NCBI GenBank assembly: GCA_965644495.1
Contig: CBFFSA010000087.1
Span: 1-14,815, forward strand
Direction of reading: 5' to 3'
DNA length: 14,815 bases
DNA from: Perkinsela sp. CCAP 1560/9
Taxonomy: Eukaryota; Protista; Euglenozoa: Kinetoplastea
Of this stretch, positions 1 through 10,989 are shown piece by piece (positions within the stretch are counted from its first letter, which is position 1; each line of letters begins with the position of its first letter). The notes beneath the pieces were generated by a model. The model was not told where the DNA came from, ran no database searches, and saw only the letters and a program-made list of their open reading frames with translations. The translations under genes were made by a program, and so were the position numbers.

Positions 1-48
1 ATGAGAACTCTTTCCTCTCACCAAAAAATAAAAATAAAAAGAAGAAAC

Positions 49-1071
49 CTTGTCCAGTATAGTTGATTCCAATTAAAAGAGCCTTTTTCTTTCCAGTCCC
101 ACTTTTTTTTGTTTTTTACATGAATCAAGAAAATAATAAAAAAAAACTCACTCATCCAAAAACTCTTCTTCCACAACCCAGAAAAAGAAGAAAACAATTA
201 AAAAAAAAACAACAATTAAAAATTACCCAATTGTAAACGGAGCACCATAAGCTCCAGCACCTGCATAACCAGGAGCCCCATAACCAGGAGCCATAGGAGC
301 AGCAGAAGGAACTCCATAAGGAGAAGGAACACCGCCATAAGGAGATCCACCAGGAGGAGGGGCACCATACATTCCTCCTCCTGCTGCAGGAGGTGGGTAT
401 CGTTGACGATCATCTCCTCCAGGTGGAGGAACAACACCATACATTCCTGGAGATGGCATCCCTCCTTGTGGTGGGGGGTATGCACCTCCTGCTGGAGGAT
501 AAGCCCCTCCTGGTGGTGGGTGTTGTTGGGGAGGATATCCACCCGCTCCTGGAGGAGGAGGATACATGCTTGATTGGGGGGGAGGATACATTCCTCCTCC
601 TGGTGGAGGTTGTTGAGGGGGATATGCCCCTCCTGGTGGAGGGTATGCTCCAGGTGCAGGTGGATAAGCTCCTCCAGGGGCAGGGGGGTATGCTCCTGGT
701 TGTTGTTGTGGAGGATACGCTCCACCTCCTGGTGGTGGTTGTTGTGGAGGATAACCCCCGTATGGGTCTACAAAAGATATGATGGAATTAAATTTTGGTG
801 TTCAAATTTTTAATTCATGAAAACCCAAAACCCAAAACCCAAAACCCAAAACCCAAAACCCAAAACAAATCAACCCAAATCACACAAAAAAATAATAATA
901 ATTTTGATGAATGCAAACCAGGAGGGGCAACTCCGTACTGGGGAGGAGGACCACCACCAGCTCCTGCTGTTTTTTGAGAGGAAAAAAAAATGAGAAAAGA
1001 AAATAAAAACCACCAAAACTCAAAAGAAAGAAAGAAAAAGAAAAGGAGGTACCAGGGGGTACGTTGAACAT
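49..1071 (-). CDS. MCA1: Type I metacaspase (peptidase C14B), 5' part; long Pro/Gly/Tyr/Gln-rich prodomain; gene runs off the left edge
   Basis: Exons (minus) 1071-1053, 966-919 (or 963, NAGNAG acceptor), 767-227, 101-49, all GT-AG and phase-consistent. Translation MFNVPPAGAGGGPPPQYG...(YPP repeats)...APFTIGGTGKKKALLIGINYTGQ. TGxKKALLIGINY is the characteristic start of the metacaspase p20 domain. The catalytic His/Cys lie outside the window. Confidence 0.88.
820..866. repeat. Perfect (AAAACCC)6 plus partial tandem repeat, TTTTGGG on the minus strand, in metacaspase intron 2
   Basis: Six exact 7-mers at 820-861 followed by AAAAC. Confidence 0.95.
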
Positions 1072-1419
1072 GTCGAGTGAGGGGATGAAACAAGCCTCTT
1101 TCTCTTTGGTGAACACCAAAAAAAAATAGACCTCAAAAAAATCTTTTCGGATTATCTATCTCGAAAAATCTAAAAATCTGAAATAAAAAAAGACAAAAAA
1201 TCTTTGAATCAGCGTCATGACGTGTGTGACCATGATTGGTCAAATTTTTCCCCACGTTGGCGAAAATAGGGCTCTCCCAAATTCTGTTCGTCTTTTTTCG
1301 GTTTTTTTTGAAGTGTAAATTACAGTCAAATTTGATCTCGGTTTTCGCTGAGCAAACAAACCCTTTTTTCGCTTTCACACGCTCGTTCACAACGAAAAAC
1401 ACAAACAGCCGATCAACTC
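1072..1419. promoter_or_regulatory. Divergent promoter region between metacaspase and DDX3, with palindromic motifs
   Basis: 348 nt between opposing ATGs. Contains TTTGGTG-AA-CACCAAA (1105-1120), CGTCATGACG (1213-1222) and TGACCA-TGAT-TGGTCA (1227-1242, which includes a reverse CCAAT). Confidence 0.55.
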
Positions 1420-4437
<3,018 letters not shown>

Positions 4438-4684
4438 TTCCAAGACCCCCTTCCCACCAATTTGCTATCTGTGGTTTCTCTCCTTCTATGCGTGATCTCC
4501 AGTCCCTTCCTCAATCCTTCCCTATTAATTTACCAGGTCTTCCCGCTCAACTTCTAAAGGCCTCTTTATCTCTTTTTTATTCGAAAAAAAGAAAACCTTT
4601 TTTTTTGGTTTCTTTTTTTTTGTTTTGGAGATGGGAAGGAATGAAAAATCGACCGGATCGATTGTAGATGGAGAATTGTGTTTT

Positions 4685-4715
4685 TCTCTCTCTCCTCTCT
4701 CTCTCTCTTCTCTCT
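4685..4715. repeat. Imperfect (CT)n microsatellite in the convergent 3' region
   Basis: tctctctctcctctctctctctcttctctct. Confidence 0.8.
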
Positions 4716-4880
4716 TTTTGAGAAGAATTTTTGTGTGGAGGAAGAGTTTTTCGATAATCTCGGTGGTGAAGTTGATAGAAGTCTTGGTGGGAACCTTTTT
4801 TCGCTTTCTTTTTTGCGTTTTCTTCTCTGTGTGTTTTTGCACTTTTTCTTGGATCTTTCGATAAAGTGTATTTTATTCCA

Positions 4881-6067
4881 TCAATTTGTTAGTAATTTTA
4901 ATTGTTCTTTTAAGTCTTCGATGGGTCGACCATAAGTTTCTTCATAAAAAGACCAATCTTGACTCCATTCATTCAAAAGTCTTTGATAAATTCTCCAGAA
5001 AGATTTGAAGTTTTCGAGGATCAGAATTTCAGACAATGGTCCCAATTGTTTTTTCCCTCCTCCAGCTTTCTTTTTTGTATCTTCTTGTTTTATCTTTTTA
5101 GAATTTTCTTGAGAGGGTTTGTGTTGTGGTTGGGAAGCAGCGCCGCTCTTCTTCTTCTTGAGATCACCCCACAGATCAACTTGTGTTGATTGCCCAAGTC
5201 TGATCTAGAAAAAAAAAAGACACAGATTTAACAAAACAACTCCAAAACCAAACATCAGCATTCAAACAACAATATTTTCCCACCCAAAATTAATTAATTT
5301 CTATCAAAAATGAATTATCAAAAAAAAACACACAACACCTGTTTGCAAACAAGACAAGCAACAATCAACATTCTGAAAGTATGGGCAATCACTTTCTTTG
5401 CTTCTTTTAACATCCCCTTTCCTGCTTTCTTTCCTGCTACTTGCCAATCACGTTCAACTTCAGTCATAACAGATGCAACAAATCTATCCAAATCAATTTG
5501 AAGAAATGGGAAAGAAATATATTTGCTTGTTTGTTTTTCGAGAAGTCGATGAGAAGGAGGAAGGAGAAAAGCACAGAGGGTTGTCTGGAAAGTTTGTTCT
5601 TCAAGTTGTTTCTGAAACCCAGAGACTGTGTAACAGATGGCATCAAATTGATTGTTATGAATCGTCCATTTATCTTTTTTGCTTTGATTCACTCTATTTG
5701 TTGACAAAGTGAGAAAAAAAAAGGGGGGGAAACTCTCAAAACTCTCAAAGGAACAGACAACAAACTTTGATTGCTTCGATAAATTCACAACAAGAATAAC
5801 ATCCCAATCTGAATCAAAAGAAGCGGTCCCCCACAATCTAAATATCATTCAAAAAACGATTTCGATGAATCGATGTTTGAAAAAAGACAAGAAAAAAGAG
5901 AAAAAAAAAACAGACCTGGAACCAACTAACCAACAAGCTAAAACCTCAGAAGATGACACTTTAAGTTGAGAAAAGAGGGTTTCCAGTTGAAACATTTTTG
6001 AAGCATTTTGCTCTTTCATCTGGTGATAAATTTCAGATTCAATGGCAACATCATCATCATCAGCCAT
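4881..6067 (-). CDS. Nucleotidyltransferase, DNA polymerase beta superfamily, with helical C-terminal domain, about 300 aa, 4 exons
   Basis: Exons (minus) 6067-5916, 5837-5766, 5693-5339, 5204-4881 (903 nt, GT-AG, frame-consistent). Splicing builds WLVGSRLWGTASFDSDWDVILVV, the hG[GS]x9-13DxDh signature. A probable third Asp lies in NQFDAICY, followed later by AKKVIAHTFRML. AATAAA follows just after the TGA stop. Confidence 0.85.
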
Positions 6068-6094
6068 CACTGGGAAAGCGAAAAAGAGAAAAAG

Positions 6095-6210
6095 TTTGGT
6101 GTCCCGATGAAAAAAATGAGGGACACCAAAATAAATCACAAAACCCCGCTTTCTTTTTTCACTTTTTTCTCAATCCCGCTCCACAAAACCGAAAAAACGA
6201 GAGAAGAAGA
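6095..6210. promoter_or_regulatory. Short bidirectional promoter/5' leader with inverted repeat TTTGGTGTCCC-N14-GGGACACCAAA; block re-used upstream of the array copies
   Basis: Perfect 11-bp arms at 6095-6105 and 6120-6130, between divergent ATGs at 6067 and 6211. Homologous blocks at 7711-7812 and 9227-9346; only the proximal part is present at about 10926-10989. Confidence 0.7.
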
Positions 6211-7629
6211 ATGGCTGACCACTTCAAGACAACTCTGAACGGTTCTGACCACGAAAAACTTCACGAATTGTGTTCATTCACTTACAAGGAACAAGCTGTG
6301 TGGTATTTGAATGCCTTTTGGGAATTTGGATTGAAAGAACAAGCTGAAAAGCTTTGGGATTATGCTCAAAAAGCCTCTGTAATTGACAACGCAAAAGCAA
6401 CTGGAAATGCTCTTGATGAAATGGAAGCTCACCGCTTTTTGGAAGCTTTTCATGAGGTTTATTGACTTTTTTTTCTTTTCAAACATTTTTTAACAATCTT
6501 TTTCTTTTCTCACACTTTCTTTTCAAAGGCACACACAGTTTTGGAAATGCGTTCTCAATTGAGAAAGACCGGTGCTTTGGGAGAAAACGAACGCCCAAAA
6601 GAAGTTCCTTTGACTCATTTCTTACTTTTTAAATATGGGAACTCTTGGAAGACACTTGTCAATGCTCCCCAAGGAGATAATTCTGCCAAAATTGCTGAAG
6701 TTCAAGACAAATTGCAAGCTGTCCAAGAAGCTTTTGATGCTTCAACCAAAGCTGATGCAGAAGCCACTGCTGCGTTGAAGGAATCTGTTGCTCGTGAAGC
6801 AACAGCGAAATCAACTGAAGCTGCAGCTCTTGCTCGAGAACAAGAAGCTGTTGCAACTGAAACAGAAGCCAAAGCAAGAGAGGCTGAGGCCAAAGCAAAT
6901 GAGGCAGCCGCTGTTTCAACTGAGAAAGAAGCTGTTGCTCGAGAACAAGATGCGAAAGCTGCTGAAGCTCCTTTCAAAGCCGCTGAAGCTCCTTTTAAAG
7001 CTGCCCAAGATGAAGTCGAAGCTGCTTTGGCTGAAGTGAAAGCTCAAGAAGATGCTTACAACAAGAAAACTGAAGATCTCAAAAAGGCTTCTGAAGAAGG
7101 AGGTGTTGTTTCTCGAAATCGTGCGAAAGTGAGTCTTGATGCTCATTTGGCTGAAGATCCTTTACCTCTTCGAAAAGCTAAGATCACATTGGAAGCTGCA
7201 AACAAAAGAGCTGAAAAGGCTCGTGCTCCATTCTTGGAAGCTCGTGCTCCATTCCTTGCTGCGACTGAAGCCGCTGAATCTGCTCGTAAGATTGCTGAAG
7301 ATGCTCGAAAACAAGCTGAATCTTCTCGTCAACAAGCTGAATCTGCTCGACAAGCTGCAGAAGCATCTCGAAAACAAGCTGAAGCTGCTCGTCAGGCTGC
7401 TGAAGCTGCTCGAAAACAAGCTGAAGCTGCTCGTGCTGCTGCTGAAGATGCTAAAGCTCGAGCTGAAGCTGCTGTTCTTGCTGCTCAAGAATCTGTGAGG
7501 GAAACTGAAGCTCTTTTGGCTGATTTGATGGCGAATCCTGGAAGTGGACATGGTGCTTTGTTTTGGGTTGAGCGAGAGTTGACAGAAAAGAAGAAATTTA
7601 TGCCTGTTTCTAAGGGTGGTATTCGTTAA
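6211..7629 (+). CDS. ABP34-like (calcium-regulated actin-bundling protein family, often annotated TolA-like) with extended coiled coil, copy 1, 448 aa
   Basis: Exons 6211-6456 and 6529-7629. Blocks EQAVWYLNAFW, GNALDEMEAHRFLE, VPLTHFLLFKY, EVKAQEDAYNKKTEDLKKASEEGGV and GSGHGALFWVERELTEKKKF occur in the same order as recalled Dictyostelium ABP34 blocks QQAVHFLNAYW, GNDLDFDIALYFYE, VSFLEYLLYQY, EVNKRIRAYEEEKARLTEESKIPGV and GSSAGAIWWMNRDLEEKKKR. Confidence 0.85.
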
Positions 7630-7812
7630 TTTGAAATCCAAACTCAAAAGAAATGAAATGAAATAAAAAGAAAAAATAAAAAATAAAAATCACAGAAAAT
7701 CGAAAAAAGCTTGGTGTCTCAAGAAAAATGAGGGACACCAAAATAAATCACAAAACCCCGCTTTCTTTTTTTACTTTTTTCTCAATCCCGCTCCACAAAA
7801 CCGAAAAAAAGA

Positions 7813-9152
7813 ATGGCTGACCATTTCAAGACAACTCTGAACGGTTCTGACCACGAAAAACTTCACGAATTGTGTTCTCTGACTTACAAGGAACAAGCTG
7901 TGTGGTATTTGAATGCCTTTTGGGAATCTGGATTGAAAGAACAAGCTGAAAAGCTTTGGGATTATGCTCAAAAAGCCTCTGTAATTGACAACGCAAAAGC
8001 AACTGGAAATGCTCTTGATGAAATGGAAGCTCACCGCTTTTTGGAAGCTTTTCATGAGGTTTAATCTCTTTTTGGATGAGATATTGTTGATTTTAAAGTC
8101 TGACATTATTTTTTTCTCACTCTCTCTTTTCAAAGGCACACACAGTTTTGGAAATGCGTTCTCAATTGAGAAAGACTGGTGCTTTGGGAGAAAATGAACG
8201 CCCAAAAGAAGTTCCTTTGACTCATTTCTTACTTTTTAAATATGGGAACCCTTGGAAAACACTTGTCAATGCTCCCCAAGGAGATAATTCTGCCAAAATT
8301 GCTGAAGTTCAAGACAAATTACAAGCTGTCCAAGATGCCTTTGATGCTTCAACCAAAGCTGATGCAGAAGCTTCTGCTGCGTTGAAGGAATCTGTTGCTC
8401 GTGAAGGAGCAGCAAAAGCGTCTGAACAAGAAGCACTTGCAAGAGAGGCTGATGCCAAAGCAAATGAGGCAGCAGCTGTTTCAACTGAGAAAGAAGCTGT
8501 CGCTCGAGAACAAGATGCGAAAGCTGCTGAAGCTCCTTTCAAAGCTGCTGAAGCTCCTTTTAAAGCTGCCCAAGACGAAGTCGAAGCTGCTTTGGCTGAA
8601 GTGAAAGCTCAAGAAGATGCTTACAACAAGAAAACTGAAGATCTCAAAAAGGCTTCTGAAGAAGGAGGTGTTGTTTCTCGAAACCGTGCGAAAGTGAGTC
8701 TCGATGCTCATTTGGCTGAAGATCCTTTACCTCTTCGAAAAGCTAAAATTACATTGGAAGCTGCAAACAAAAGAGCTGAAAAGGCTCGTGCTCCATTCTT
8801 GGAAGCTCGTGCTCCATTCCTTGCTGCGACTGAAGCTGCTGAATCTGCTCGTAAGATTGCTGAAGATGCACGAAAACAAGCTGAATCTTCTCGTCAACAA
8901 GCTGAATCTGCTCGACAAGCTGCAGAAGCATCTCGAAAACAAGCTGAAGCTGCTCGTCAAGTTGCTGAAGCTGCTAAAGCTCGAGCTGAAGCTGCTGTTC
9001 TTGCTGCTCAAGAATCTGTGAGGGAAACTGAAGCTCTTTTGGCTGATTTGATGGCGAATCCTGGAAGTGGACATGGTGCTTTGTTTTGGGTTGAGCGAGA
9101 GTTGACAGAAAAGAAGAAGTTTATGCCTGTTTCTAAGGGTGGTATTCGTTAA
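7813..9152 (+). CDS. ABP34-like coiled-coil protein, copy 2 (shortest), 420 aa
   Basis: Exons 7813-8058 and 8136-9152; same intron position (FHE|AHT); near-identical to copy 1 apart from heptad indels. Confidence 0.85.
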
Positions 9153-9346
9153 TTTAATAAATAAAAAGAAAATTTGAAACCAGAAAGAAAAAAGATTTCA
9201 TCAAAAATGACTGAAGGGAATCTCCCTGGTGTCCTGAGAAAAATGAGGGACACCAAAATAAATCACAAAACCCCGCTTTCTTTTTTCACTTTTTTCTCAA
9301 TCCCGCTCCACAAAACCGAAAAAACGAGAAGAGAAGAAGAAGAAGA

Positions 9347-10852
9347 ATGGCTGACCACTTCAAGACAACTCTGAACGGTTCTGACCATGAAAAACTTCAT
9401 GAGTTGTGTTCATTCACTTACAAGGAACAAGCTGTGTGGTATTTGAATGCCTTTTGGGAATCTGGATTGAAAGAACAAGCTGAAAAGCTTTGGGATTACG
9501 TTCAAAAAGCCTCTGTAATTGACAACGCAAAAGCAACTGGAAATGCTCTTGATGAAATGGAAGCTCACCGCTTTTTGGAAGCTTTTCATGAGGTTTATTG
9601 ACTTTTTTCTTTTCTTTTTGGAATGAAATATTTTTGATTTTAAAGTTTTGACATTTACTTTTCAAAGGCACACACAGTTTTGGAAATGCGTTCTCAATTG
9701 AGAAAGACTGGTGCTTTGGGAGAAAACGAACGCCCAAAAGAAGTTCCTTTGACTCATTTCTTACTTTTTAAATATGGGAACTCTTGGAAGACACTTGTCA
9801 ATGCTCCCCAAGGAGATAATTCTGCCAAAATTGCTGAAGCTCAAGACAAATTACAAGCTGTCCAAGATGCCTTTGATGCTTCAACCAAAGCTGATGCAGA
9901 AGCCACTGCTGCGTTGAAAGAATCTGTTGCGCGAGAAGGAGCAGCAAAAGCGTCTGAACAAGAAGCACTTGCACGAGAAGCAACAGCGAAATCAACTGAA
10001 GCTGCAGCTCTTGCTCGAGAACAAGAAGCTGTTGCAACTGAAACAGAAGCCAAAGCAAGAGAGGCTGAGGCCAAAGCAAATGAGGCAGCCGCTGTTTCAA
10101 CTGAGAAAGAAGCTGTTGCTCGAGAACAAGATGCGAAAGCTGCTGAAGCTCCTTTCAAAGCCGCTGAAGCTCCTTTTAAAGCTGCCCAAGACGAAGTCGA
10201 AGCTGCTTTGGCTGAAGTGAAAGCTCAAGAAGATGCTTACAACAAGAAAACTGAAGATCTCAAAAAGGCTTCTGAAGAAGGAGGTGTTGTTTCTCGAAAT
10301 CGTGCAAAAGTGAGTCTTGATGCTCATTTGGCTGAAGATCCTTTACCTCTTCGAAAAGCTAAGATTACATTGGAAGCTGCAAACAAAAGAGCTGAAAAGG
10401 CTCGTGCTCCATTCTTGGAAGCTCGTGCTCCATTCCTTGCTGCGACTGAAGCTGCTGAATCTGCTCGTAAGATTGCTGAAGATGCTCGAAAACAAGCTGA
10501 ATCTTCTCGTCAACAAGCTGAATCTGCTCGACAAGCTGCAGAAGCATCTCGAAAACAAGCTGAAGCTGCTCGTCAAGTTGCTGAAGCATCTCGAAAACAA
10601 GCTGAAGCTGCTCGTGAAGAAGCTGTGAATGATCGAAAACAAGCTGAAGCTGCTCGTGCTGCTGCTGAAGATGCTAAAGCTCGAGCTGAAGCTGCTGTTC
10701 TTGCTGCTCAAGAATCTGTAAAAGAAGCTGAAGCTCTTTTGGCTGATTTGATGGCGAATCCTGGGAGTGGGCAAGGTGCTTTGTTTTGGATTGAGCGAGA
10801 GTTGACAGAAAAGAAGAAATTTATGCCTGTTTCTAAGGGTGGTATTCGTTAA
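9347..10852 (+). CDS. ABP34-like coiled-coil protein, copy 3, 476 aa
   Basis: Exons 9347-9592 and 9668-10852; intact frame and same motifs. Confidence 0.85.
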
Positions 10853-10989
10853 TTTGAAATCCAAACCCAAAAGAAATGAAATAAAATAAAAATAAAACCA
10901 AGCCAAATTGTTTTGCCTTTTTGAACCCGCTTTTTTTTTACTTTTTTCTCAATCCCGCTCCACAAAACCGGAAAAACGAGAGAAGAAGA

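Noticed and set aside
152-178. Possible 27-nt micro-exon (VVEEEFLD) in the metacaspase, followed by a perfect GTGAGT donor but needing a non-canonical TG acceptor
   Set aside because: None of the nearby AGs keeps frame. It would need 48- and 50-nt introns, shorter than any other here, while a single canonical 125-nt intron (226-102) already joins FTIG to GTGKKKALLIGINY in frame. RNA-seq would settle it.
216-813. Overlapping ORFs 216-725(-), 393-782(+) and 574-813(+)
   Set aside because: Alternate frames of the Pro/Gly-rich metacaspase exon 3.
4525-4880. About 100 open codons after the NTase TGA (readthrough or selenocysteine?) and overlapping ORFs in the DDX3-NTase gap
   Set aside because: The minus strand here is T-poor, so several frames are open by chance. 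The translations are low-complexity and cross a CT microsatellite, and AATAAA follows the stop immediately. Best read as 3' UTRs.
7309-7455. 21-bp periodic repeats as a CRISPR-like array
   Set aside because: No unique spacers; the units are in-frame coding heptads in a eukaryotic gene.
6095-9255. Inverted repeats as transposon or MITE termini
   Set aside because: The arms are only 13-15 nt apart, there are no target-site duplications or transposase, and the copies arise from the gene duplication itself.
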